From Callorhinchus milii (taxonomy: Eukaryota), in NCBI RefSeq assembly GCF_018977255.1, contig NW_024704742.1, forward strand, positions 128,652,001 through 128,716,000: a stretch of DNA of 64,000 nt. Reading direction: 5' to 3'. A model generated the notes under the pieces. The model was not told the DNA's origin. It ran no database searches and was given only the letters and a program-made list of their open reading frames with translations. The position numbers and the translations under genes were made by a program. Shown here piece by piece: positions 14,083-28,735 of the stretch (its first letter is position 1; the number at the start of each line of letters is the position of its first letter).

Positions 14083-14349
14083 TGCATTGTATTATGTAAA
14101 CAGATATTCTAATCAGCAATGTCCCATAGACAAATAGTCAATACATTTTAAAGTTGAGGACACATTTGGGGGGTGGGGGTGGTATATACGCTGGTCATCC
14201 AGAATGATGAGGAAGGTTGATAGAGTCAGCACCTGAGACAAGAAAGTGCAGGTGAGAGCTGAACAAGATGGCTTCAGTTTTTGCAGTCACTCATTCACTT
14301 TGAAATTACGGTGTGCTACTTAACATCCTTAACAGAATCTTTATGAATA
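14083..14349 (-). repeat. About 260-bp dispersed repeat abutting a SINE tail; second copy at about 51965-52224
   Basis: Colinear blocks such as atcagcaatgtcccatagacaaa, cagaatgatgagg, cctgagacaagaa, gcagtcactcattcacttt, ccttaacagaatc. Confidence 0.9.
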
Positions 14350-14700
14350 TAATAACAATCCTTGCATTTGATATAGTGCCTTATGTCTTTGAGACATATC
14401 AAAGCACTTCACAGAATATGCTGTAAAGTGAATTGACTGTATATGTTGTGGGTGAAACGTGGCAGCGAATTGCACACAGCAGTGTCCCACAGACAGTCAT
14501 GGATTGAAGAACAAATTATTATTTATTTTGAAGGAATTATTATCCCGGAAAAGCCAATCGACTAACAACCGGGTTTCTACTTACTGCGGGTAAACAAAGG
14601 AATGTGGAGTAAAGCAAACTTGTCCAACATTTCGCCCTGCTGGGAATCAAACCCAGGTCTCTCGTTTGAGAGGCTCTAACCACTGAGCTACAGGACTCCA
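14350..14700 (-). mobile_element. tRNA-derived Deu-type SINE, long form, near full length
   Basis: Head ggagtcctgtagctcagtggttagagc, Deu-like core, tail tcaaatgcaaggatt. Confidence 0.9.
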
Positions 14701-14959
14701 CATAATGGAGGATAATGGAGGATGCAGCCAGGACCACTGCGATTGGCCAGTAATTTTCGTTTTCTCTACTTCCAAAGGTATTGACTCCTTCTTCTTTTCA
14801 TTAGCGTACTATTCAGTCATTACATTTACCCAAGTCACACTTTTGCACATGCAAGGATGCCAACAGGCTATTTGCCAAGCCCCATAGCCAAAGTTCTATT
14901 CTGATGAGCATATCCAATTTCCACAAATGCCCATCCAGCAGAGTTTCTGGATACAACAA

Positions 14960-16745
14960 TGACAACGACGACAACAACAACAACTTGCAGAGTTTGCTCC
15001 GGGTTAGTAATGCGGGCGGCAGAGCTCTGGAGCAAGTGCACAAAGGAGGTGATGGACAGTGGAAAACAGTGTCTTTAGATTGATGTTTACCTCCAGGATG
15101 ACTTTGGAATAAGTCAGTTTTGGCCTGTGAAAGGGAGAGGCGGTAGGTGCGCAGGTGCTGAGCCACAGATGGCAGCGAATCGTGAGCCCGGATTTCTGCC
15201 ATCTGTGCTCGAGCATCCAGGTTTGTGTTTTGAATGAGCGGAGATGACTGTTGTACCAGGGGGAGCGGGTGGGTTTGGAAACAAACCTGGATTTCAGGGA
15301 ATTTGAAAGTTGTGGAGAGTCAGTTATTCAGCAGCTGAATAGCTGCATCAGGATTGCTGCAGGTGGAGGACTAGAGGGAGAGGAGATCCGAGGAGGAGAG
15401 GGCATTTGTGATGGACTCAGGGGAAAACTTTTTCTAGGGGTGGAAACAAATTGGTGGAGGGATTGGAAAGGGAAAGGAGATATGGGAACAGAAGGAGATG
15501 AAGAAGTGGTCTGAGATGGCTTTGTCCGTGATAGACAGGTCGGAAATGTCAAGGCTGTGTGTGATGACGAGTTCTAGGGAGTGGCCATGGTTGTGGGTCG
15601 GTGAGTCAATGTGGAAGGTGAAGTTTAGGGAGGAGAGGAGAGCAGTGAAGTCTGAGGAGGTGGTGCAAAGGGGAGTTTAGGTGGTGGTTGGATTCACCCA
15701 TTATGAGCAGGTGTTCAGTGCAGAGGGACAGGGATAAGAGGAGGGAGGAGATATCGGTGAGCTTTGGATGGGGGTGGTAAACTAGGAGGATTTTGAGGGC
15801 AAGAGGAGGGATGGTAGAGGGCGAAGTGCTCAAAGGAGTAGAAACAGCCAGAGAATTAGAGGGATAGACCAAGGGAAGCTTGGGAGATGAAGGCCACCCC
15901 ACCGCCACGTTGGTTGGAGTGGGGGTGGTGTGAAAAGTGTAGCTGGGAGGGGAGGCATCATCGAGGGGGACGGGGGTGACCGGGGCAGAGCCAGGTTTTT
16001 GTAAGAATATCAATGTGCTCATCCAGGCTGAGGTCATGGATAATAAGGGCTTTGTTGGAGAGGGAGCAGACATTTTGGTGGGAAATGCAGATAGATTTGA
16101 TGGTGCAGAGGGAATGGAGGAGAGAGTGGTATAGAATGGATTTGAAGTCGTGGGGGAGAAGTGACTGTGGAGGTTGAGGAGCAGGGAGAGTTGGAGAGGG
16201 TATGGCTGAGGGAGGGGGAAGGGGTGTTTGCCTTTCGGAGGTGGTTGCTGCAGAGAGAGTGAGCAATGGGACATTTGGGGTGGCTGCTCTGGGATAACCA
16301 ACGCTGGGAGCCACGATGGGCATGGTGGAGGATGCCCAGGCTGGAGTAGAGGGAGGTAATGGTGGGGTCCAGGAGGGAGGGTGAAGGCGAGAAAGCAGTG
16401 GGAGAGAAGAATAGAGTGGGAATAGCGGATACGAGCAGGAACATTTTCAGGGGGTGTGGTTCAGGTTGGGGAGGCAGCCAAAACATGCACGCAGAGCCCG
16501 GGAGCGAGCGATCAGCAGGGCAGCATCAGACCGCGGGCTATGGGAGACAGCGCAGGCGGGGTGAGGGGGAAGAGGGTATGGCAGTCATGTCATGGCTTAA
16601 GTGCCAGAGACTGGGAGGGAAGGGGGGACCAGCTAGCAGAAAAATAGTAAAATTTACGCTATACTTACCCTACCAGGCGGATTTGAAAAGAATGGGGAAG
16701 AGAGGAAAAACTTACGCTCTCTCGTCCAGGCCGCTGAAGTCGATT
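14960..16745 (-). mobile_element. L2 LINE 5' portion with APE endonuclease domain; RT region missing
   Basis: HQNVCSLSNKALIIHDLSLDEHIDILTKTWL and LLIMGESNHH endonuclease-like motifs; pyrimidine-rich sense strand like other L2 copies. Confidence 0.8.
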
Positions 16746-17124
16746 GCAACACCCCAGATGTCACTCAACCAAGATTAGCTGTATCTAGTTTCACTGTACT
16801 GCTGCAGGTAGGACTGTACTAAATTATTTTTTTTAACTTGCAGTATTAATCAGCGCTTACGGCTACCACCCTCCTCGGAGTCAGACTTCACCACTGTTAA
16901 GCACTCTGACACTACCCTGTGTGGAGGGCGCTATATAAGTGCAAGTTGTTGTTATAATCATGTCTCACTGACAAGCCACGTACTTTTACACCATTAATTT
17001 TGCCATGGACTGGTTTAGCTACACGGCTCATTACAGCCAAGTGTCAGCTCAACTGTAGATCATTCTTACCAGCTCCCACAAGGAGGATACCTAAGTAACC
17101 TCGTAATTAAAAATAGTATCAAAT

Positions 17125-17174
17125 AGTGAGAGAAACACTGAAACACTAAAATCTATTATCAGAATGGATTTATT
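17125..17174 (-). terminator. Candidate intronic poly(A) site in PIK3C3 intron 24
   Basis: Minus-strand AATAAA at 17169-17174 followed by a GU/U-rich tract (TTTTAGTGTTTCAGTGTTTCT) about 17-37 nt downstream. Confidence 0.5.
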
Positions 17175-17505
17175 CAGTTCAGCATCGTGCTACAATGAAA
17201 CCAGTTTTAATGATGAGAAGAACTGAGAAAGGTAATGAATGAAGATAGCTTTCTAGGTACAGCATCTCTTTGTAAAGCTCTGAAAAGGAATGCTGTTCCC
17301 AGGTTCTCTTGAACATAAGTTCCCCTGTACTTGCCCTGCTGATCTGACAACTTTTTAAGTGGAGTCTGAACAAATAGGGAAAGAAAGAACCCTTGTTATA
17401 TTGACAAGGAGGGGGAGGATTTTCAAAAATGTGCCCAAATTGGCCGAGTTATGACTGAGAAATTCATACATGTACGATAACTATTAAAAATACATTTAGT
17501 ATCTA

Positions 17506-17667
<162 letters not shown>

Positions 17668-20492
17668 CTAAAACAGGACAATAAATGCACAAACAGGGAA
17701 CAGTAAAAAAAATTAAGTAAAACTACAATATTGAAATAGTTAAATTAGCTTTCAAAAGTTAAATCTACCATATTAATAGCTGCATGCAGGTAACAAATGC
17801 AGCTTTTCCATTCCATTTTTTTCCATTCAAAATAGTAACCCCTTTCACAAATTACATTACAAATAAAAAAAAAGCAAAGATTCTGGTCAGTTGAGGTCCG
17901 AGTATCAGTATTGCAGTTTACTACATGTATACAGGTTGACCAAAATGTTGTGATACCCTTACAATGTCTTATAAGTCTTGAAGAAACAATGATATATTTT
18001 TAGACAATAGGATAGCTGAAAAATAAGACTTTTTGGTCACCTTTGTAAAACAAATTCTGCCCAAAACTGCAGAAATTGTCTACCCTCTTATATTTATTTT
18101 AAATTACTTCTTTTACACATAAAAAATCTAAAGGATGAAACTTTCAATAGCTGCTCAAATTGTAATACCTAATTAAATGGAAACATTCTTCATTAATATT
18201 CCCAAAACATGAAGACAGGCAAAGTTCAGGCATCAGTAAAAGAGCCTTTCACTGCTTGGCTGATCAGCATGTAATTTGGATAAATTACATATGAACACAC
18301 AGATCAAGCTGTGAAACCTTTGGTAAACCTTCAGTAATATTTTGCTCAAGTTTGCCTAGATGTTAAATTTTTAATTCCTGGTGTAAAGTTTAATTATCAT
18401 GTTAGTATTTATTACTTGCTATTTTGTTAATCACCCCCAGCTAACACATAAATGTTATCTTATAAGTGCCAGCACTACACTAATGAATGCGATAACCATC
18501 CAGTGATCTACCTGCTGGGTCACCTAAAATGGTTTTGATCCTCACTAGCCATAGGAATGGAACCCATTTACTCTACAAAATGCTTTAAAAAATACTTAAA
18601 CCATGTCATGTCAACAGGAAGGTAATGGTATTCATATAGGAAGCCTATAAAATGCATCCAGCTTTTATTGAAAGAAAAATGTACTGATTACCACAGTCAT
18701 TGGTAATGGATGACCAAAAACCCAATCAATTAATAGAGTTCAGGAACTAACTCTGCTTACTAATACAGGATCTAATACTATCTAACATAATGCAACTAAG
18801 TGTGGAGATGACTCAATTCCCTCATGCTTTCCTAACTGTAAAGGTCAAATATTCTGCACTGGACAAACCAGAAATCCCTAGTCACTTTCAACTTCACGGG
18901 AACTTTTTAGAAACAGTCAAGGAACCCTTTTGGATTCGATTTACAATTTGAAAACATTTCACACTTAATATTTTCACAGAATATTAATCCAATAAAAATC
19001 CACTGCAACAATGCCCAATGATTGAAAAGCAGCAATTTGATTTCAATGGAACAGCCATGGATCATTTAAAATTACACTGCAGAACCTTAGTTTGGCTATA
19101 AAATACAGTCACTATACTTTACAGTATTTCTGTGAAGCACTTTGAGAAATCCTCCTGACGCGAAAAGCACTATGTCAAATGCAAGGGATATGATTATATT
19201 TTTTGATTGGGGAACAAGACTGGATTATTTGATAACCTGAAATGATCTTAAAATCAGTCTCAATGTGGAAGCAGATTGTCCCCATTACCCAAGAAGAACT
19301 GAAAAAATTCTGCTTCCAAATTGAGATCTTTTCCAAATTTACCCTAAATTCCAGGGCAATGCTCTGAAAACCTGAATTCTGAGTTCTAGATTCCGCTCCA
19401 GAGAGCGCTGTCTGAAGATACAGCAGTCTGGGCCTTCAGAACACCTCTCTTTGAGCTTCGAGGAAAGAGGTAATTGTTTGATTAGGACTTCAGTGGCATT
19501 GAACACATTGTCTCTGCTTTGATCAGATAAGGCAGGCGCTGAAGTTTTCTTTGCTTCACTGGTTATGAACGCTGTAGCAAATCTTGCATGAAATCAAACT
19601 GCTGTCAAGAGTAAGGCGCCTGAGATCCCCTTTGTGGCTGTCACAAATGTCAAAAGGATTTCTGCTCCACTTCAAACCTAACTCGTTTTTTAAAAAAATA
19701 CCTGAAATCTGGCTTAACTGGTCACTTTTTCATAGATTCATAGAATGTTACGGCACAGAAGGAGACCAATCGGCCCATCGAGTCTGTGCCGGCTCTTTGA
19801 CAGAGCAAGTCACTTTCACTAACCCCAATCACCAGCTTTCTCCCCATAACCCTGGAAACCCGTCTTCCCCAGATACCTATCCAGCTCTCTCTTAAAAGCT
19901 GTTATCGACTTAAGTCATCATGCTGCCAATATCCCAGTTGCATTTATTTATGTGTGTATACACACACAAACAAAATATATATAACAATAATACACATATA
20001 ATATACAAATATATAAGATATCTATGCACCTTACTCATCACTCCAGATAACTTGCCACCGAGCCCTTTTCTCTTGGAGTGATGAGTTATCAAAAGTTTAC
20101 TGCACTTTATAAAACAGCCACATAAATTAAGTTGTTCTATTATAATTCCCTCCCATGATGCTGCAATCACATTGAACTAAAGGTGCCTACGCTTCGCTGA
20201 ATGCAAGATAAATAGTACTATATACAGTACACTCTGCAGGGGAAAATTGTATGGCTTACAAGGATAGTCGCAGTTAATTTCCCCTAACCAGTGTTCATGC
20301 TACATACAATATAGAATAAATGCATTTTGAAGGATAAAAGCAAAACTCCTAAAACTCAAATCTAATCAAATATTTTGGAACAATTGTTTTGCCAAAATGT
20401 TTACAGTAATTTTAAAATGGGGGCTCATATTCTGGTTTTGTGTGTAAAATTGACTGGATTGATGTTACATCTAAAATAAATGAAGTGGTTTA

Positions 20493-20633
<141 letters not shown>

Positions 20634-22210
20634 TTATTGCATGCAATTTTATGGTTTGACTAATTCCTTTTTTTCCAACTGAAGCGTAAAGAACCTTTAA
20701 GCTATCCTTGTGCATTACAAAGGGGCTGGGAACAAGGATAACCAGAAGCAGAGGTATCAAATGACTACTTTAAGGCTTTTAAAATCAAATATACTTATAA
20801 TACATAGGCCAACATCCAACACATACGGACAGAGCTCCCAGAATTTGAAATTAGTGAGGCTAACTGCGATATTCTATATAGAGTCAAGGGTTCAAGTCAC
20901 CTAGAATGGAACAACTATATCCTAGAATACTTCTAAAGACAAGGGAATTTGATTTCTCCCACAAAATATACAGTCAATTCACTTTACAGTATATTCCGTG
21001 AAGTGCTTTGAGACGTCTCGAAGACGTGACAAGGCGCTATACCAAATGCAAGGATTATTATTAGTAGTAATTATTATTTCTGACACACTGACCATCATTT
21101 TGGGGAAGTTAATGAACACTGGGAAGATTTTGACAAATTTAATGCCAGCAAATGTGGTTTCCATATTCAAGGAGGATGACAGACCTACCTGGCAAATACA
21201 AACCCATTAACTTAAACTCAATAATTGGAAAATAAATGGAATCAATCATTAGAGGCTAAATTAAGTGTCAGTCTAGTTCAGTGTGTTAGCCCTGCCTATA
21301 ATTTAGAAGGTTGGACTGGCTTTTAAATCAATTGCAATAATCCTTGCATTTGATATAGTGCCTGATATTATCAAAAAGTTGTAAAATGCTTTGCAGGTTG
21401 TAGTTACTGTATTTTGGAGGCAAATGTGGAAACCAATCAATGCACATGAATGTCCCATAAATAACTGATACATAAAGTCTAATCGTAAAGTCTAAATATC
21501 AAATTTGAGATGTCTGAACAAATCTTTGAAATTTCAGTGTCAATTCTGAGCACTTTTAAGATCATCTGACAACTACCAATCACTATGTCACTGTCACAAT
21601 ACTCTGGTATCAAAGTGCTAGTAATTAATTCAGATTTCCACAAACAACGTCACTTCCTGACTGTGCAAAAGGAGGAAAGGATAATGCACAACCTTACCAA
21701 CTAGCACAAGTAGATTAGGTTGAGGAGTGTGAGCCTGTTTTGCACGCATAAGATATGCACAGAAAAGGACATCATCTGCAACTGAAAGTCAACTCTTTTG
21801 TTTTAAAAGCATAGGAAGATGGCTCATTCTCTGTGCAGTGACTTTACCAATATTGGGATCAGTGCTGTCACAATGTGACTAACTGAGATGACCGGTGATT
21901 ACGTGGGTTGGGACTTTCTGGATCTCAACTACCAAGTTATACAAACAGTATTTGAATGTGGTCGTATCAACTAAAAGAGATTCAGGATACCAGAGGCAAA
22001 CAAAGCAATGATTTTTGTTTCAAAAATGTTAAAAGTTAAAGCGTTAACCACTGTATTTGATACTCTGAAAGGTAAACGATAGCACAGGTTTGCAAACAGC
22101 AAGTTGGCATTTTTTTTAAAAACAGAATTTATTTTCTAATCTAAAATTTCAGTCAGAATGACAAAAGCACATTTGCAGATATAATGTAATAGAGTTCAGG
22201 ACAGGAGTTA

Positions 22211-22465
<255 letters not shown>

Positions 22466-22817
22466 TCAACCTGATTTGCTACCAGGAGGACCAATGCCTA
22501 ACTAGTCACTCCAGGTAACTAGTCGCTGATCTCGGAGTGATCCGTTATCTGACGTTTACTGTAAGGAAAAAAATCCTTCAGTGATTAAAATTTTTTACAA
22601 AACAGCATTTAGTCTTGTCGATAAATTCTCATTGGGAATAAAGTCAAGGGAAGAAAGAGTTTTACGAGCAAAAGTATGAAATCTTTATGTTGCAAGACTC
22701 GAGGCTAAAATGACTGGAGCTGAACTGGCAGTTAAAAAACACCAACTTTATGTTTAATGCCTACAGTGCAAAATGCACTTTAGATTTTGTAATGCTACAA
22801 CATATGCAATGTCCGAG

Positions 22818-23119
22818 ATAATAATAAATAATAATAATAATCCTTGCATTTGATATAGCGCTTTTCACATCGGGAGGACGTCCCAAAGCGCTTCACAGAA
22901 CACACTGTAAAGTGAATTAACTGTATATTTGTGGGTGAACGCGGCAGCCAATTGCGCACAGCAATGTCCCACAAACAGTCGTGGATTGAAAATGACCAAT
23001 TTATTATTGTTTTTTTTTTGAGGATTATTAGGCGTGTGGAGTAAGGAAACTTGCCCAAGGTTTCGCCCTGCCTGGAATTGAACTCAGGTCTCTCACTTAC
23101 AAAGCGAGTGCTCTAACCA
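22818..23119 (-). mobile_element. tRNA-derived Deu-type SINE, short form
   Basis: High similarity to the 42602 and 46227 copies; (ATT)n tail; first bases of head missing. Confidence 0.92.
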
Positions 23120-25189
23120 GAGAGATTCCAGTGAAGTTTCCAACCCTAGCATCCACATGATCATCACATGCAAAGGCAAGCCTCATTTACCATCCTCAGT
23201 CAGGAGGGCTGACCAGTCCATTAAAAGCAAACAATTCTGGTACTGTTTCCAAACCTTGTGGAAAGATCCCTTTCCGGCACACATTACCTTTCTCTGCAGT
23301 TTAATAAAAAATTAATGCTACGTTAATGACTAAGTACCTCTCACAAACTAGGAGAATTACTACAACGCAGAAAAATGCTGTTGCAACACAGAAATATGGC
23401 CTCTGCATGCTCTACAGATTAGATATGTACTTGATAACCCAACCAGCTTTTGTTTCTTGCAGAGTCAAGTACTTTCTCCATTATACAGTCTCTGCTGTTC
23501 CTATCCCTGAATGATGGGTTGCTGCATGAGTGCTCAGAATGAGCTGCTCCAGATAGAAGTGCTGCCTGCACATTTCCCTTGGGTGCCAATTTAGCAGCAG
23601 CTGAACAAAAATGTTAGTAGAAAATTCAAATTCGGCTGGTCAGCAGGCAACTTGCTTTACTCAAAACATCTGTTTCGGGTATATAAAGGGCAACATAAGC
23701 AAAATACAAAGACAGGTTTTTATATAAAATGCTTAAAAAGCTTCTGTTCAGTACATTTTCCTACATAAACTAGAGTGCTGCCACTGCAATATATTCGTGT
23801 GAAGTTGCAAAAACAATAGTAACCCTATGAAATCTTGGAGCCCTCATAGAAAATTCACCATTTTGTTTACAGCACTGCCAACCTCGAGATTGAAAAAAAA
23901 GTTTGCAATGGGAATTGCTAACAGCAACGAGCACCTTGCAGTATGCTTCAGATGACCAGCAGTAAGGAAACCCTTGCAAATTACGTCTGGTACTTGGGGG
24001 CAGAGATATCATGAATTGGCCGCAACATACTCCCTGCTACTGATATATATATTATTACTATTTATCCTACACCCACCCTTGCTGACCCTGTACCCATCCT
24101 GATCCCAATCACCAGCTCGGGTGCAAATCCTTGACTGTCCAGAGCCTTGGGACATCCTCCTGACGGGGAAAGAGCTAGAAAAATGTAATTGGTTGTTCTT
24201 GCTTCCAGCGGGATTTATAGGGAGTGAATTAGTTGCTAAAAATAAATCCAATTGCAATGATCCTTTTTTGACTGTCAATTTGACTAACCTTTGAATTATC
24301 CAGCATAATGGGATTCAACACTTGTACGGTTCTGTCTAGAACAGTTACTTTACCACTAGAGCCTTCTCAGAAGTTCTTCTAAGTGACTTACTAGAACTAC
24401 TGGCTAATATGACACACAAAACTCAAATGAATTTAGTTCCCGCGAACCATCAACAAAAATAGAGCACAGACTTAGAATTTAGCATAGAAAACAAATTTTG
24501 TCCATCATATCTTGATGCCTCGTTTTCTTGCTCCATTCCTTTCTATAAATTAATAGGTTAGCTAATTTTAACAAAGATACATTCCACTAAAGTCAACAAG
24601 TTCAATATTGTTCTCACCATTTCAATACAAATTTTGAAACTTAAATATCCTTAAGGTCAAAGCTTTAACCATTATGCATCATCTTTTGCACACAAAATAG
24701 AGTTCATTCACTTTACAGTACATTTTGTGAAGCGTTTTGAGATACCTCAATGACGTGATAAGGCTCAATATCAAATTTAAGGATTATTATGTACCTTAAT
24801 GAAGGGAGTGGTGGAAAGGTTTGACAATTTAAAGATATCTACCAAGTCAATGTTTTATATCTAAGACATCATCAAGCAAAAATATTCCTGCTTTTCTTCT
24901 GCTCCCCTCCAACAACACAGAGAGGCTATTCAGAGAACATCTTTAAATTCGTAACAAAGAAACACACACCTAAATGTGCATTTCAAAGGCTTATAAATTA
25001 CACATAGAAATGTGTGGAACAGCATTTTCTAGTTTAACCATTTTTTTCCCCCTTCCAAAATGGATCTACAGTGCCATCTACTGAGCTTTTACTTAAACTG
25101 ACTCAAGCCATTCCCAATACTGTATATTAGGGGAATCATGTGAACTGCATTGACTCAGAATGGGGAGGGAGAGATCACTGCACATTTTA

Positions 25190-25450
<261 letters not shown>

Positions 25451-25554
25451 TTAAGTGCAATATCCATGCTCTGACATGCCCAGGATTCCCCTACCTCCAT
25501 AACATTGATCAACCACCACCTCTCCCCTTGGGCTGCCGAGACCCTAACCCACAC

Positions 25555-25675
25555 ATTCAGTTCTGACGAAGGGTCGTGGACCTGAAACGTTGACTCACTT
25601 TCCTTTCTCCATAGATGCTGCCTAACCTGCTGAATATTCCCAGCGACTTCTGTTTTTGTTTCCGATTTCCAGCAC
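25555..25675 (+). mobile_element. Penelope-like terminal fragment common in cartilaginous fish; related piece near 63700-63752 (-)
   Basis: ctgacgaagggtcgtggacctgaaacgttgact...agatgctgcctaacctgctgaatattcccagc recognised from memory. Confidence 0.55.
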
Positions 25676-26369
25676 ATTCATCATATCCAGGCTAGATTAC
25701 ACCAACTCTACTCACTGGACTACCCGCCTCTTCTATTCAGAAGGTGCAGACTATCCAGAACTGCAGCTTGTGTCTTTTTCTGTATTTTGTTCCATGAACC
25801 TACAAGCTCCATCCTCACCTGGCTCCACATCCCCCAGTAGACAGAGTTCAAAATTCTCACCCAAATCTTTATATCCGTCCATGGTTTTGCCCCATCCTAC
25901 CTCTGCAAGCTACTCAAACTCTATCAACCCAACCCTTCCCTCCGCTCAACAGGCACCAGCTTCACATCCCCCTACCCTACACACCCCAGCATTGACAGTC
26001 AGGCTTTCAGCTCTCTCAACCTCCATTCGTAGAGTCTCTATGACTTGCCCCTTCAAGGTCCACATTAAGACCTTCCTCTTTGACCATACTTTCAGTCATT
26101 TCCCCACCCCACCTCAGGTACAAACCCTGAACTGTCCAGAGCATTGGGTTGTCATAAGCCCTCTGAGATGCTACCCTGAATGAAGGGTGTATACAATAAT
26201 AATAATCCTTGCATTTGATATAGCGGTTTTCACATCTTCTAGACGTCCCAAAGCGCTTCACAGAATATACTGTAAAGTGAATTGACTGTATATTTCTGGG
26301 CGAAACGCGGCAGCCAATTAAATTCAGGTTATTGGTGTTGGGATGTCATCCCGACATGAAAGATGCTAT

Positions 26370-27340
26370 ATCCCACTTGGTGACTCATCTGCAGACATGG
26401 GATCAACTTCCACATGTATGCAGAGGAAACCTAACTCTATCTCTCTGCTTGCACCATCGACTCCAGGACCATTGCTGTCCTGACAGAAGTCCTGGATGAG
26501 AGCTAACTTTCTACAGTTGAACGTCAGCAAGACCGAGGCTTTCCTAATTGGCTCCTGCCAGCACCTCAGGCACTGGCAGCATCAGCATCCATGGATGCAG
26601 ATTCCACCTCACAGAGACAGTCAGGAACCTAGGCATATTGTTCGATCCTCAACTGCTCTTTCTCCCCCAAGTTGGTGCATGACCCATTCTGTCTTCCACC
26701 ACAACATTGCCGACTGCGGCAATGCCTCACCCCTCAGGCCGCTGAAACTGTCATACATGCCTTCATTACATCTAGGCTCGACTATGCCAAGTCCCTCCTG
26801 GTCGGCCTTCCCAGGTCTTCTCTCCACGAGCTGCAGATAATCCAGAACTCTGCAGCTTGTGTCCCCTCCCGCACCAGGCTCCGTGACCCCATCACACCCA
26901 CGCTAGCCCGCTTCCACATTCCTCAAAAGGATCGAGTCAAAATCCTCATCCTCAAGGCCCTCCACAGCCTTGCCCCTCCTACCTCTCCAACCTGCTAACC
27001 CCTTATCAACCTGTCCACTCCCTTTGCTCTGCAGGCTCCGGCCTGTTCTATGTTCCCTGCTTGGCCCACCGTCGGCAGTCAGGCCTTCAGCCTTCCTGCG
27101 CCCACCCTCTGGAACTCCATCCCACATTCCCTTCGCCTCACTTTCTCCCTTGCCTCCTTCAAGACACGCCCCAAGACCCTCCACTTCAACCATGCCTTCG
27201 GCCACCCACCTACCCTCTCTGCCGTCCACTGTCCCTGATCCCAACCAACCCCACCCAGGTCCTAAAGGCCCTGACTGTTCAGCGCCTTGGTACATCCTCC
27301 CGATGTGAAAGGCACTTTACAAATGTAATTTTGTATTGTT
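26370..27340 (+). mobile_element. L2 LINE 3' fragment; an older L2 piece at about 25676-26160 and a SINE 3' piece at 26195-26320 (-) are adjacent
   Basis: NFLQLNVSKTE, AETVIHAFITSRLDY, IQNSAA motifs; tail cagcgccttggtacatcctcccgatgtgaaaggc. Confidence 0.9.
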
Positions 27341-28735
27341 GTATAAATGTAAAATGTGTTATTATACCAACTTGCTGAACAGCAGAAATTTATTAAGAGC
27401 AATTTTAAGTAATAAGACCCAAGAATTTTAGAGAATCTTATAATACAGGGCAACCAGTTGTAATGTAGCCTCGTAGAGCAATGGTGTATTGTGGTCTTGC
27501 ATTATATTGGAAGTGTGGCCCACTTCAGGCACTAACTGGCCACCTCCCTATGGAGGAACTAGTGCTGACATCACTCCCTGCACATACAGAAAGTGACAGC
27601 ATGGCAAACGTTGAGTTCAGGTAGAGACAACTCGTGGCCATTGTTTAGTATGCCTTCTTATGATTACAGGGTCTTGGGCCCCAAACCACTGTGTTATAAC
27701 TGCTCATCCTGTATAGTTTGAAATTAGTTGTTCATTGCCTTGGAACGATAAATGAATCATGACTCATGACTGAAAAAAAAGGACCATAGTAAATTGCAAG
27801 ATTTATAGCACCAGCATGCATACTTTAACTATGAAATAAAAACATTAAATGTGAGTATTGAAATCATTCCAATATTTAAAGTGTTTGCTTGGATCCAATA
27901 AGTTGGCAAAGTAATTTTACTTTATGATCAACACCTTACATGTTTATAGCAGCTTTCATATAAAACATCTTAAAGCACTTTACAAAATGAGATGAATCAG
28001 AAATGAAGTCAATGTTACAGAGATAGAATGCAGTAGGTAAATTGCACTAGCAAAAATCCTACACAAAGACAAATGAAAAATGTTGGGGTAAATTTGGTTG
28101 TGAAGTGAACAAAGCGAAAACCTGGAGAGAGAGAAAAAAAATCACCAATTTTCTTTCAAATACCAGCAGAAGAGAATCACATTAGGATGGATTCACAAGT
28201 GCCTGCAAATGGCATTGATGCAGACATTGATTTCAATCCTGACATTTACAGGCCAATGATCCGTGAAAGCTAAATGTTGTGAATTCTGCAATTACAGCAT
28301 CAAGGAGTTTCTTAAATATGTCCTATGTCTTGGTCTCAACCAGACTTCCTTCTTGGTAACCCATTCAAGCAGAGTGCCCTCTGCACAAGTGAAACATTCC
28401 TGGTCTCAGTAACAAACTTGCCCTTCACAACCTTAAATATTTGCCCTTGTCTTGATTTCTTGGCATATCTGAAAGTATTGATTTGGGCTGACATCATCTC
28501 ATTCATTACATGTACATCTATAAAATTCACTCAGTCTGTTGCTTTCCTACTTTTTGCAAATAGGTTGAAACAATGCAACTTTTTTGGGGATAAATTATAC
28601 ATGAAAATGAAGTTGCTGTCTGGCACCAGGAAATCTAGACTTCGGAAACAAAAGTACGAAGGCAACAATAATGCACCACAAACTAAAACCACCGTATCAC
28701 AGACAACAATCAAATAGCTTACAGCAGGCACTTAC

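Noticed and set aside
15606..16778. Pro/Ser-rich ORFs up to 231 aa
   Set aside because: Alternative frames of the C-rich L2 5'/endonuclease region.
19945..20025. TA/CA-rich low-complexity stretch
   Set aside because: Degenerate microsatellite with no further structure.
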